From: Chiloscyllium plagiosum
Lineage: Eukaryota
Assembly: GCF_004010195.1 (NCBI RefSeq)
Contig: NC_057711.1
Span: 69,853,586 to 69,917,585, forward strand
Direction of reading: 5' to 3'
Length of the DNA stretch: 64,000 bases
In this document: piece after piece, positions 13,137 to 25,629 of the stretch
Layout: each line of letters starts with the position of its first letter
Numbering within the stretch: position 1 is the first letter of the stretch
Notes under the pieces: model-generated
Told to the model about the DNA's origin: nothing
What the model saw: only the letters and a program-made list of their open reading frames with translations
Databases searched by the model: none
Made by a program: the position numbers and the translations under genes

Positions 13137-13336
13137 GTGTTATGACACACCTCTAGCAAAGGCACCACAAGAGCTCCTTGTCTAGGCTAGACACTTGCAT
13201 CCATTGACCTAATTTGAAATTGGATTTTACAAGTTAATTCTTGAACACCAGATAATGCCTCAGACTAGCAATACATACTGTTACTTTGGTGAATCATTTT
13301 TATGGCATTCTGACCACATGTGAATATTTGGAGGAA

Positions 13337-13558
13337 GGTAAAAACAATGACTGCAGATGCTGGAAACCAGATTCTGGAGTAGAGTGGTGCTGGAAAAGCA
13401 CCAGTTCAGGCAGCATCCGAGGAGCAGGAAAATCAACGTTTCGGGCAAAAGCCCTTCATCAGTATTCCTGATGAAGGGCTTTTGCCTGATATGTCGATTT
13501 TCCTGCTTCTCGGATGCTGCCTGAACTGCTGTGCTTTTCCAGCACCACTCTACTCCAC
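13337..13558. mobile_element. Near-perfect palindromic Penelope-like derivative with 14-bp TSD
   Basis: Arms 13375-13462 and 13468-13557 around a 5-nt centre; TSD aatatttgga(g/a)gaa at 13323-13336 and 13559-13572. Confidence 0.88.
13435..13462 (-). ncRNA. Minimal hammerhead-ribozyme-like core (best-preserved copy)
   Basis: The minus strand reads CTGATGA-A-GGGC-TTTT-GCCC-GAAA-CGTT, with a self-complementary AACGTT at the stem III position and a GUU triplet. Confidence 0.7.
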
Positions 13559-16500
13559 AATATTTGGAAGAAACCCATTTCTCAGTTGCAATTCTGCAAA
13601 TTTAAGCAAAGCTGCAGTTATTAAACCGTTTTTTTGTTTAAGAGGTACCCTGTTCCTATTAATCATCTGCACTTGCCTTAGGCCTGATATTGCCGTAGTA
13701 CTTAGTTACCTTTTTTGGAAAGAATGCCTCTAACAAAAGATGCTGAATTTTACACTTAGGGCAACATTGGGGCTGCAGTTATGACTGTGGGGAAGCCCGA
13801 TAGACTTTGTAGTGTATCTAACAGTGACTTTTTAATCCAACTGCTGTCTTAACGTAAGATTTCTAGTCTTCCTGGTCAGATAGAATCAGCAGGTATGAAT
13901 GTTCCTTCAGCTCTGTTCTTTGCCTTCCACCTAGTCATGTCAAAGCTTGGTGCTGTAAACTTATTTCACACAGCCAAGACCTTTTCTTCAGTAAAGGGCC
14001 TTAGTGAACTCGATGGGTTTTAAGGCAGTTGATGATAATTTCAGGCTGCCATGAAACTGAGACAAGCTTTTCATTCAAAACATTGTTCCATTCAAAGAAA
14101 CCCTATTTTAGCTATTGTAAAAATCTTTACCTGACAGTAGATAAGTCATGAATTCATACAGTAGATGGAAATGTGGCTGAAAGTCAGAAAAGAAATATTT
14201 ACTTGACATAATATGATGTTATTTAAATCTTCAGCTGTTTGAAAACCGAAAGAGCTGCATGTGTCAGTAAGTTTTAAAAAAATCTTCTTACTACTTTGAG
14301 AGGTTAGATGGTGTGGTATTTATTGTTGCGATTTCAGTAGTTTGTTGATATTTAACTGAAAACAGATTTACAACTATTTCAGCAAGGGTTGATTGCACTC
14401 TTTCTGTGGGGTGCAAATGGAAGTTTGTTTTTATGGAAGTTTAAGCACTCAAGATTTTTTAAAAAACTTTGAATGGGATTTCATGAATGGAAGTTTGGTT
14501 TTATACAAGCAAGTCTGTATATTAAGAACCATAGAAGAAATGTAGAACTTTATATTTCATCTCTAGAGCAGTCCTGAGGTCTGCCCGAAGTGTATGCCAG
14601 ATGGCTAGTTGGATACAAAATGCCTTGGGAATGAATGCTGAGGTGTAGTATAAAGAACCATGGGGGATAGATAGGAGATGTGAGTTGGCATGAGTCACCG
14701 TGGAAGTATAAGGACACCAAAGGTACATGGATGGCGTGAATTGGCATGGAAGGTTTAAGGGGCCGTGGGTGGTGAGTGGTGATGAAAAGGTTGAAGGCTA
14801 AACAAACTGAAGTTTAGAATACACCTCGGATATAGTACTAGAGAAGTGAGGTGGGCCTTCCAAACTGCCTTCAGTGCCCCTCTCTGCCAAATCTATCCAT
14901 GCTTTCCTGTTGGGGTCAGTGGCTGAGCCCCATTCAGGGCCCAGTTAATGCAGTGTAAAGATTGTCTCTCCAGCAGGATTTTATTCCAAAGTGAGAAATT
15001 TATCAACTCCAGCTACCCACCTTAGCAGGGACAATGTGGACCTTTAGTCTCTGTTTTGAAGCAATTTAAAATACTTTGCTTATTTTGTGAGCGAGGAGCC
15101 CACGGACCTTACGATCCTGGCAAGCTTGTGAGATTAGAACATGATTTTGATTTCTGCTGTAGTTCACATAGAATTATGGAAAGTGCTGTTTTTAATATTT
15201 TAAATGTAATGTATTAGTTAGATTTCCTGCAGAAAAACCTTTAAACTAATATCCTCAGTGATGTAGTGTGCTGAATATTTCTGGCAAATATTATTTTCCA
15301 TCAAATTCTTGAATCTAATGGAAGTTGTATTTTATTTTAAAGCACTGCCCAAAACAATATTTTGTTAAACTCAAAAATGTATTTCATGTTTACTCTGTGC
15401 CTCTAATTCAGTAGTAATTGCACTAAATTGTTGTATTTACAAACCTATTATGAAGATAAAAGTACCAAAAGGCGAAAAGGGCTTGAAATCGCTCTTCTTC
15501 GGAATGTCAACTTAGTGCTGTTAAATAATATTAATGACCAGGATTGTCAGAATGTAACTGTGCTTTCCTTAGTACAAGTGATTTTATTGATCAATATGGA
15601 TGCAGCCTAACGGTTAGATTATTCTGTTCTGATTTTATCTATACATTAACTAAGTTTATTAGTGGACAAAAATATCTTTTGGTAGATCTAGATGATGATG
15701 TAGATTAAGAAAAGCAGAAGACCATCCATCATTTTCCTTTGTGCTAATAACTTAAATCCATCACTGTTTCTATCTGCTGGTTTCAGATCCCATTGCGTCT
15801 TCAGGCTTTTGGTAATGGCCTAAGTGAACCACAGCAATTTTCCCTCCAGTGGCAAAACTCGCAGCTCAATTGTCATAGTGGTTTTTAATTTTAGATTCCG
15901 AAATGTAGGTGGTAATAATGACTTCTTCAGTTCTTTTTAGCTCTACATACATCTTTCTTTACTTGTCACATCTGGTGGTAAAACTATGTTTTTTTTGAAA
16001 ACTGACATCTTTTTTAGTACCTGAGTATTGCTGAGTTCAAATTTCTGATTAAAAATCCTTTATTTGTGTTGTTTAATGATGGTCATGTACTTTTTAATGG
16101 ATATAAAAAGTAGGTTGGTGGAGAAATTTCCGATTCCTATTTAAAATTATTGTTACTGAACTAAGATTCTAGTTCTGTTTCATTTTATATAGAGCAATAT
16201 TTCTAATGCTACTTTTTTTAGTCAAATATTATGTATGTTACAATTAATATACCTTTAATTGGGTATATTAAAAGTGTGCCTCTTAACAAAATAAGCCTTC
16301 TGCACTTTTGTCAAATTTAGTTCTTTTGATCGAGTTTGCTTTGGTTTGATTTAATTCTGCTGAATGATCAATGTAAGTCAAACTTCCGAGTCTGTTTTTT
16401 GTTGAAATTCACAACAGACTAATATCTAAGAGAATAACTGTATTCTCATCACATGTAACTCTTCTCATATTTTATGTAGGAGATATAATTTCCTTCTCCC

Positions 16501-17640
16501 ACGACTGGTTCACTGAATGCTAGTAAAATTAATTTTGCAGTGCAATAGCTGCTTCCAGCTCATTGTATCCACTGTTGCAAACATCAATCGGGTCTAGTTT
16601 GATTTTTCATTTCTCTCTCTACTTGATTTTTTTAATTGTTTCATTTGCTACCTCTACCTTAGGCATATTTTGTTCCATTCCATCCGTGTGCTGTTGTCCA
16701 GTTGGGACTGGTGAACAATGAAATCTGAGTGTCAGCTTCGACCTGCACTAATATACCACTTTGAAACTGTAGGATTGCTGCTCACCATTTCTGCATTAAT
16801 AGATCAGTAAAACATAACAGAAGTAATGGCCTGTGTCTAAGTTGACAAGTTCGCATAGGGAATTTGACCCATATGTATGGCAGAGAAACCTTGAAAAGTC
16901 TGCAGATAGCACGCCTGCTTTCCACTTTCCTCGACTTCCCTTTCTTGAATTCATCTTTCACACACTAATAATCTGCTTCTATTACTGATATAACTGTTAC
17001 TATTGGGATGGAGAAAATTTTGCTGGGGACGCAAAAGAGCAAGAGTACAAATCAATTTTCCTGCTGTATAACACTTGATCAAGCCTTCATCTTGAATATA
17101 AACGAAAGCAAAAATCATTGCAAAGATTAGAAATCTGAAATAAAATGCAGAGAAACATTGAGAAGATAGGGCAGAGAAATAGTTAGAGATTTTAATCTGT
17201 GCAGACCTAGGTTTAAGGCATAGTCCGGGTGGCTAGTGGTAGGAAGAAAGAACAAAAGAATCTAGTAAAGGAGGGCAGGAGTGATTGAATTACGAAATTA
17301 TGCAAGGCAAAAGTAGTAATGAAAGAAATTATAGTAAAGCAAATATTGGTACAATGGAAGTGTAAATAATTACGTGCTCGCAGAGGGAGAAATCTGATGG
17401 AGAGGCATACTGACCAAACACACACAATGCAGCAGGTCAGGCAGTGCTTATGGAGAGAGAAAAACAGAGTCAGTCTTGAGTCCAATATAACTTCTTCGGA
17501 ACTGAAAGAAGTTAGAAAAGGTTTTCTTTACAGACTTTTGTCAGAGGCAGAAGAGGAAAAAGGGGGAACCAGGTGGTGTGGTGGCCGAGTGCAAAAGACA
17601 AAAGAGATTGTTAATTGTGGTGAAAAAGAAATTGAGATGT

Positions 17641-17815
17641 AACAAAAACAGAAGTTATTGGAAAAGCTCAGCGAGTCTGATAGTGCCTGTGCAGAGAAAT
17701 CAGAGTTACATTTTGGGTCCGGTGACCCTTTGTCAGAACTCAGATGCTGTCAGACCTGAGCTTTTCCAACAATTTCTGTTTTTGTTTCTGATTTACAGCA
17801 TGCGCAGTTCTTTCT
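17641..17815. mobile_element. Fold-back Penelope-like derivative with decayed hammerhead core
   Basis: Inverted arms aacaaaaacagaa..ttggaaaagctcag and ctgagcttttccaa..ttctgtttttgtt. The minus strand at 17703-17741 reads gagtt-CTGACAA-A-GGGTC-ACCG-GACCC-AAAA-TGT-aactc. Confidence 0.7.
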
Positions 17816-19792
17816 TTTTTGAAGTAGAGATGTAAAGTAGGTGTAAATGAAGGTGTAAAAGGTTTTCTCTGATGAGAGTAAAGTAAACAAGACACAAACA
17901 TGACAAAGCCATTGGGAGAGAAGAGAAAATGTAAGAAAAGTAGAAGATAGACACCATGTGGTCAGACTCTGAAATTCTGAAAATATTGAATTGTTTCATG
18001 TATCCTATTGATTCCGCTCTTGTGTTATCTCCAAACCTGCACAGTTACAATGCTCCTGCTGGATTCCTTCACTTGTTGGAAATGGGAATGGCCACACCTG
18101 GTCTACTTCCATATCGCACCTTCCCTAGCTGTAAATTAATATTACAACAACAAGCTGTTACAGTAAGATGTGATGATGCAATTCTCCAACCAATATTCTA
18201 AACAGATAAAATAATGTACAGTACCACAATTCACATTTGGTTTTATTTGGTGATTATATAAAGTGGCCAATTTCAGGTTCTTCTTTCGTGGATAATTCTT
18301 TGCTTCCATATTTGACAACGTTTTTAGTTTTTCTCTTTTTCAGATGCAATGTGTAATCTAAAGAATAATGTACATGTAACTAATAAGTTACAGTATGATA
18401 TGAGCAGGTACCTATCATGTTATACCACTGGTGCATTGAGGCAGACCTCTTTGGCTTTTGCACAATTCTCAGTGTTTGCTATGGCTAACAGGCAGTGCAA
18501 GCTCTACCTTGGAAATTACAAATATAGCACCTTAAATCTCATCTTGTGTTCCTTTTGGACTATGAGCAGCTATTGTTCAAAAATGAATACAAAAATCAAA
18601 CAATACAGATGAATCTTGAAGATCATGTTGAATAAGATGCAGCCATGCAGACAAACCACCTTTAGTTACAAGCAGTCCTTACCATCGATACAATGGTCAC
18701 ATGGGAAAAGGTAACATGGTGATAGAGTTAATTGGACTGCCCTCCAGTTGAGAAGAAAATTGCTATGAGATGTTTACCAAGATGAGCAAACCCTCTGTGA
18801 GTTGTGCCTTTGAAATAAAGTTCAATTTATTTAATTGCCTGTGTATTTATATGGTACGCTTCCTTAAACATACCATGCCTAGAAATGTTCACTGAAAGCT
18901 GCAATGACTTCCTTGGTACTCGATACTTCTGACTGAGAAAGCACAATATCTACCTTCCATCTCTACATTAACCTTCAAGGAACAATTATTTATTGCTGTC
19001 CTTTCATTACAGGGTGAAGAAGTAGGAAGCAAAAGGGAGAGGTTGAAATCTAGATTTCCCCTTCCCCATTCTTTATTAACATCCCAAAATTGAGGCTGTT
19101 TTATTTGCTGACTTTGTTACTTCGTAATCTTGCTCCAAAACTATAAATTGCTTAATTCTAATCATCACAGTTTATCCTTTGGTGACATTCATCTTAACAC
19201 AAACATGAAAGTGGACCCATTGGAAAGGATATTGGCACTTGTGGAGAGAAACAAGAGATAAATGTTGAAAATTTCCCTTCGGAGACTAAGTGCTATGGTG
19301 CGCCTGAAAAATGGAAGGGCCTTCTACTTTTGGATGATCGGGTTTTCCTATATGATACATTCTTTGCTCATTACTTTTCACCTCACATGTATGAAAAACA
19401 CTACAATTTTTATAAACACGCTCATTGGAACTTTCTGGGCTTCAACATCCAAATTTAAAAGGAATTCACTGTTTCTCCAGCATTTTATGGTCTTTACAAG
19501 CACAGTGCATCCTTCAACCTCTACTCATCTGTTCAAGCCAGCAGAAAACAGCACCACATTTGCACAGTACCTCCCTGGGTGTTCTCTGAAGGCTGTTCAG
19601 GAGAGAAGGCAAGTGTTTTTTTTCTTATGGATGTTCATCCTGACTGACAAAGACAGCTTGGACAGAGGTGACTGTGGAGGTGAGAGCCCATGGGTGAATC
19701 AGAGAGAACCTGACTCCACAAGGATGAGTGATCTGTTATATGCCAGGATATGTATCAATGTCTGTGCAGTGCTTCAATCTCTTATGACGGGG

Positions 19793-19937
19793 AGGTGCTG
19801 GTGTTGGACTGGGGTGGACAAGGTCAGAAGTCACAAGACATAAACTTGTTATAGTCCCAACAAGTTTATTTGAAATCACAAATATTCAGAGCGCTGCTCC
19901 TCCTTTACCTGATGTGCTGTCATGTGACTTTTGTCCT
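19793..19937. mobile_element. Decayed copy of the fold-back family seen at 50896-51117
   Basis: Shares ggtgttggactggggtggacaa..aagtcaca..gttatagtcc(c)aacaagtttatttgaa; a stem II remnant GGAGC-AGC-GCTCT lies on the minus strand. Confidence 0.6.
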
Positions 19938-20654
19938 CATTCCCTTATGTGTATGAGTTAGCACAGTAAGGTTGCTATTCCACGGGATTACAGCAAAGGG
20001 TGATAGATGTTAGGTATGTCCATCACATGCCTCATATGCAAGAAATTCCTGTCACATCATTCCAGTTGCCACTGGAGCACTGCAGAGGGATTGCCTTGCA
20101 CCCATCTGCCAGGATTCATGATCAAAATAAAAAAAAGTTACAGCAGACAGCTCATGCACCATCAGGTCACTGACCATTCATCACAATTAGGTGAATGTAC
20201 AAATATGATTGCTTTTCACCCCAAAGGTTTGCGTAGATCAAGGACAGAACCACAAAAGATGGCCTTTTGTGTCAAGCCCCTTCTCAAGCCCAGCCTTGTT
20301 TTCCTGACCGAGTCAAGTTTGCTGGTGTCAGCCAGTGTGGCTGCCTTGCTTTGGCAGGCTTGCTGATCCTGTCAGGCTTCACCCCAACACTAAAAGGATT
20401 TTATCCAACAAGAAAAACTTGGTTATGAAAGAGCCAAGCAACTGAAGACGTTGGTATTCATTAGAGCTTGAAAAGGTGCAGCCTGTCCTGCAGGTTTGCA
20501 CCATAAGCTTATAGCTACGATTAGAACAGATGATGTTACTGTTTCTGATGACCAATATTGCCCATGTGTGTAATAGTATGAATCAGTGTTCATGACATGT
20601 GAACCAATGTAACACGGTCCAATCTCAACATTCAGGAGATCCAAGCTCTTGAGA

Positions 20655-20872
20655 AGATCTGTAGCTCACGTTGAGGTTCTGGATGTAGGTTTGCTCGCTG
20701 AGCTGGAAGGTTCATTTCAGACATTTTGTCATCCTACTAGGTAACCTCTTCAGTGGGCCTCTGGGCAAAGCACTGCTGATAATTCCTGCTTTCTATTTAT
20801 ATATTTGGGTTTCTTTGGGTTGGTGATGTCATCTCCTGTGGTGATGTCATTTCCTGTTCTTTTTCTCAGGGG
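20655..20872 (-). mobile_element. Penelope-like terminal-repeat fragment (different family) with decayed hammerhead core
   Basis: The minus strand at 20720-20753 reads CTGAAGA-G-GTTACC-TAGTA-GGATGAC-AAAA-TGTC, explicable as CpG decay of ..GAC-GAAA-CGTC. Confidence 0.55.
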
Positions 20873-21031
20873 ATCCAAGCTGCCTGAAACACAGAGAATT
20901 TAACTGCAAAATGTTAACCTTCTGTCGGTAAACTGATCTTTTACCTTCCACCTTTTCCATCTGTCCTTCTGAAAGTTCCAAGCAAGCTGGGAAAATTTCA
21001 CCCAAAGTTTCAGGTAAAGCAACCGTTTTAT

Positions 21032-21165
21032 CAATTCTGATATAAGGTCACTTAACCTGAAACATTAACTGTGTTCCCAGCCACAGAAGGTGACAGACCT
21101 CCTGATGTTTTACAGCAATTTTTGTATCTTATTTTGAGTTCCCAACACCTGTAGTGTTTTGCTTT
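21032..21165 (+). mobile_element. Single arm of a fold-back Penelope-like derivative, decayed
   Basis: caatt-CTGATAT-AAGGTCACTTAACCT-GAAA-CATT-aactg followed by a decayed family tail (cagaaggtgacagacctcctga..cagcaattttt..acctgtagt). Confidence 0.55.
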
Positions 21166-21244
21166 TATATCGGCATTTGTGCAAATTTGGAGGAAACTGT
21201 CCTTAACAATGCAGAATATAGAGGTGCAAGAGGGGGACCCGGAG

Positions 21245-21812
21245 ATACAGTCATAAAGATGTACAGCACAGAAACAGACCCTTCAGTCCAACTCGTCCAT
21301 GCCAACCAGACGTCCCAACCTAATCTAGTCCCATTTTCCAGCACTTGGCGCATATCCTTTTAAACCCTTCCTATTTAAATGTTGTAATTGTACCAGCCTC
21401 CCTCACCTCCTCTGGCAGCTCATTTCATACACACACCACCCTCTGTGTGAAAAAAATGCTCTTTAGGTCTTTATATCTTTCCCCTCTCATCTTAAACCTA
21501 TGCCCTCTACTTTTAGGACATTCTTACCCTATCCATGCCCCTCATGATTTTATAAACCTCTATAAGGTCACCCCTCAGCCTCCGATGCTCCAGGGAAAAT
21601 AGCCTCAAACTATTTAGCCTCTCCCTCTCACTCAAACTTTCCAATCCCAGCAACATACTTGTAAATCGTTTCTGCAACTTTTCAACTTTAATAATATCTT
21701 CCCTATAACAAGAAGACGAGACTTGAACACAGTATTCCAAAAGTGGCCAAACCAATGTCTTGTACAGCTGCAACATGACATTCCCAACTCCTATAATCAA
21801 TGGATTGACCAA
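21245..21812 (-). mobile_element. 5'-truncated CR1 LINE
   Basis: ORF 21513-21866 contains VMLQLYKTLVWPLLEYCVQ..LRGDLIEVYKIMRG (CR1 ORF2 C-terminus); the CR1 3' tail is at about 21245-21300. Confidence 0.9.
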
Positions 21813-22299
21813 GCTAGAGAGAAGAGGAGCCTTTGTTTCTGAAACAGCATGAGAGAGCATGTGCAAGGGACTGCAGATTCATACATGAGAGACAGTAGGG
21901 AGAGCAGCATCTGATTAATAAGTGAAAGTAGGGACAGCAGCTTCATAAGGTGAAGACCAGACCTGTGTGACAAGGCAGGTGGTGACGGGAGATAAAATCT
22001 TGTGGCTGAGAGCCCCTTCAACTAGTCTCCACCTCTCGGAGCTGAAGTATGGCATCAAAGGAAAAAAGGTAATTGGCAGGTATTTCTTCCATATCTCTTT
22101 CAATTGTCCGAGGAAATCAGGAGATGTGGTTACAGAAGAAGAATACATTTAAGGAATTCATTTTTAAAATATTTACCATCCAAATTAGTTAATGAAATTG
22201 AACAGAGATGGCTGGGCAGATGATGTGTTGCTCCAGGTGGATGCAGATACAATTCACATTGACCATATCTGCAGCAAGTGTTGTCTATTCAAGTTGATT

Positions 22300-23400
22300 C
22301 ATGATTAAAAAGGAAAGGATGTGGGATAGTGTCGTTAATAAAGGTGGGTATCATTGCAGTGGTAGGTAGTGAAATACATGTAATAGTTCGTGATGTGCAA
22401 TAGCATGGGTGGAAGTAAGGAAGAGCTAGGGAAAGAAAGTACGGGTGGAAATCAACTATAAGCTCCAGAAGAGCTGCCTCAATGTAGGAGTTGATTTGGG
22501 AAATAATAGAGGTATGCACAAAGGACAATATAATTGTCATGAACAAGTTTAATCTGAAACTTGACCAACAAATCATATGGGCAAGGTTACCATGGAAAAC
22601 AGACTTGCAGGTTCTTTTAGGGTGAAAGTGAGCACTGCAGATGCTGGAGATCAGAGTCGAAGAAAGTGATGCTGAAAAAGCACAGCTGGTCAGGCAGCAT
22701 CCAAGGGGCAGGAGAATCAACATTTCGAGCATAAACTCTTCATCAGGAATGAGTCTGATGAAGGGCTCATTCCTAATGAAGAGCTTATGTTTGAAACATC
22801 GATTCTCCTGCTCCTCGGATATTGCCTGATCAGCTGTGCTTTTTCAGTGCCACAATTTTCAACGCAGGTTCTCTTAGATCTCGTAATGAGGTAGGAATAA
22901 TAAGAAATTTCATAGTTTAGATGGAGGCAAGCGCAACATGGTAGAATTTTAAATTTACTTTGAGTGTGAGCAATTTGGGTCTCGGACCAGTGTCCCCAAC
23001 TTAAATAAGGGCAATTACAGAGGTATGAAGAAAGAGTTGTCTCAAGTACGCTGGGAAAGTAGACAAAGGGGAAGTTCAGTGAATGAGTAGATATTTCACA
23101 ATGCTCAGCAAAAATTAATTCCAGTCTAAAAGATTCCTAACCAAACATTAACAAAGGTAGTCAAGATAAGTATCTAATTAAAAACCTAGACATACAAAGC
23201 AACAAAAACTTGTGGTATGTTTTAAGGAGCCAGTAGCAGGTGACTAAAAAGCTATTAAAGAAGGAGAAAATTGAGTATGAAAGTAAATTAGCAAATTAAA
23301 AAAAACTAAGAGCTTCTACAGGTATATTGAAAGAGAGTTCAGAATAAGTGAGAGATCCTTGGAGACGTTTAAAAGAAACAGAGGGGAAGAAGGAAACTGT
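22300..23400 (+). mobile_element. Old CR1 ORF2 endonuclease-region fragment, interrupted at 22621-22863
   Basis: Decayed similarity by eye to CR1 endonuclease segments (aaaggaaaggatgtgggatagtgtcgttaataaagg; ttagatctcgtaatg; aacttaaataagggcaattacagaggtatga). Confidence 0.6.
22621..22863. mobile_element. Palindromic Penelope-like derivative with 14-bp TSD and hammerhead-like cores
   Basis: TSD gcaggttct(t/c)ttag at 22607-22620 and 22864-22877. Minus core at 22719-22746 reads CTGATGA-A-GAGT-TTAT-GCTC-GAAA-TGTT; a decayed plus core is at 22773-22800. Confidence 0.88.
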
Positions 23401-25629
23401 AAGTTGTGTCTTTTGCTTAATTTATATCTGCAGATTGCTGACTGCATTTTGTAAATCAGTGGTAAAATCTCTATGCAAGGCAGTGTGAAACAGCAGATAA
23501 TTGAGCTTGTGTGGACTACTTAAGGGCCATATGTTTGTTTGAAGGGAAGATAAACTACACTGCAAGCATCCTTGTCACAAACAGAAATAACAAAATTCCA
23601 TGGCTGCCTGAATTGAATTTTAAGAATGCTCCTTTGCACCACCATTCCTAACTCTTACCGTCAATCCCTCAAATCTAAGTTGCAAATTTGTTCAGTTGAA
23701 CTGATGAAGTTATAATAGAGTCTCACCATTGTAAATATTTCTAGAAATGACTCTAATATAAACAAGCCATATCTCCCTAGAATTATAATGTACTGTGAGA
23801 GGTCACAATGTTATAGGTTTGTTTCTGCTAAGCTGCAGCTAAGGTACAGATGAAATGCTAATAATTCAGTCTGTGGACCAACTTTACTCAAATGGTAAGT
23901 TACTTTTATATAAAGCCTCACAGCTGTAGAGAATGTATCACAAACATGAAGCACTGCTGAAGCATAGATATTATAAATAAGTTGTGTAAAATTTCCCACA
24001 GTTAGAGAAAGTACCACCTAATCTGTTTTAGTAACATTGATTGAGATCTGTGGTGGATGGGATTTTTATGTTTCGTGGAGAGAGCTGAAGTGTCTTTAGT
24101 TGAAGGGCTGAGTGCCTTCAGCAATGTGGTATTTCCTCTTTTCTGCACTGTGTCATCATGGTTATGTGCACAAGTCCCTAAAATAGGTTTAAGTCAGCAC
24201 TTTTCAAATATAAGGCTGAGTGTGCTACCATTGAGCCAAGAAAGACAACCATAAGAGAGCTTACACTGGCAATCTTCAGTGAGGAAACAAGAAAACCAAT
24301 AGATTGAAAAAAAAAGGAACTGTGGAGATAAGCAAGATTAAACTGTGTACACCTGTCTCACAAATAACTAATTAAGCAAACAAACCACACAGCAGAAATT
24401 GAATAGGTAATGGCCCTGAGTAGAAGATGGTGTGTAACACAGGGGAAATGTAGTATTGATTTCAGTGCCCCTAGAATATTAGAGGAAAAAGTACTGTGAA
24501 CTTAGCAAGAATAAAACTGAGAAGACAAGAAAGGTAAAGATACTTTATGAGTAAAAGTAACATATGAGTGTTGCTTATAGAAATCCTCTATTTGCAAAAG
24601 AACTCTGCAATGAAAAACTCATGAAGAAAAGGTTACATTTGAGATTGAATCAACCCTGCCAGTCAAAAGACTGGCTAGACTTAACAGCAAGAAAGGAATA
24701 AGGAAAACCTCCAATCTATTGTTTCCTTCTTTTAATCTATGGGTCATATTCATAATATTGAATAGAATCTTTCATTTAGTACTTAATCAGTTGCATTGGT
24801 GGGCTTTCCACTGTTAAAGATGATATACTGAATGTCTCTCAGTAGCTGTTCATTTGTGGCTGAGTTTATTACTGTGATTGCACAATTCCCACAAAATATT
24901 TTGACAGTATTTTTCATTCCTTGTTTTGTTTTTCAGTGGTTAAAATTGTAAAAAATATAAATTAAAACCAGAAAATTACATTCAACAATATTACAATAAT
25001 TCATTGAAATTTGTTCTTCTGTGAACATGTTAGTTTCTGGCAGAAGCCTGGATTTGATATTTTTGCACAAAGCTGTGACAGAGCTAATTTTGGTTTGTGC
25101 AATCTAAGCATGTGCGTTGTACTTAAATTCTCAGGGTGCACAAGTACAATTTGGTCTGCTTCATAATTTGGTATTGCTTCATAAAGTCATAGAGTCACAC
25201 AGCACGGAAACAGATCTTTCAGTCAACCAGTCTATGCCAACCATAATCTAGGCCCACCTGCCTGCACTTCGCCTCCTAACATTTTTTATTCATGTACTTA
25301 TAAATATAATAACAGGAAAAAATCTAGAAATAAGCCTGAATCTCAGGAGCAGCTGCAAGATTCACGCTACTCTCAGTCCATCATTTTAGAATGTCAAATA
25401 CATATTGTCTTGGGCAGAGAAAGAACACATCTTTCTAAAAAATTCAAACTCTGTTATATCAACATCAAGAGTGAAAAGAGCGGAATGTACTCGTGCCTCT
25501 GACATAATCAAACAATCCCCATCCGACCCATACTGGTTGCTCACTCACTCACTCATTCACAAGTTCAAATTGCACTTGTGCTCCCTGAGAATTCGTTCAC
25601 ATAAGCCAAACATTTTCACGCCTTGATAC

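Noticed and set aside
13337..13558. Fold-back elements as DNA-transposon MITEs or pre-miRNA genes
   Set aside because: TSDs are long and variable (8-19 bp), the arms are asymmetrically truncated and the sequence is multicopy, which fits retrotransposition better than cut-and-paste TIR elements or unique miRNA hairpins.
19262..19843. Longest ORF in the track (193 aa) as a gene
   Set aside because: No recognisable domain; it spans unrelated repeat fragments, including the fold-back element at 19793, and I see no supporting splice structure.
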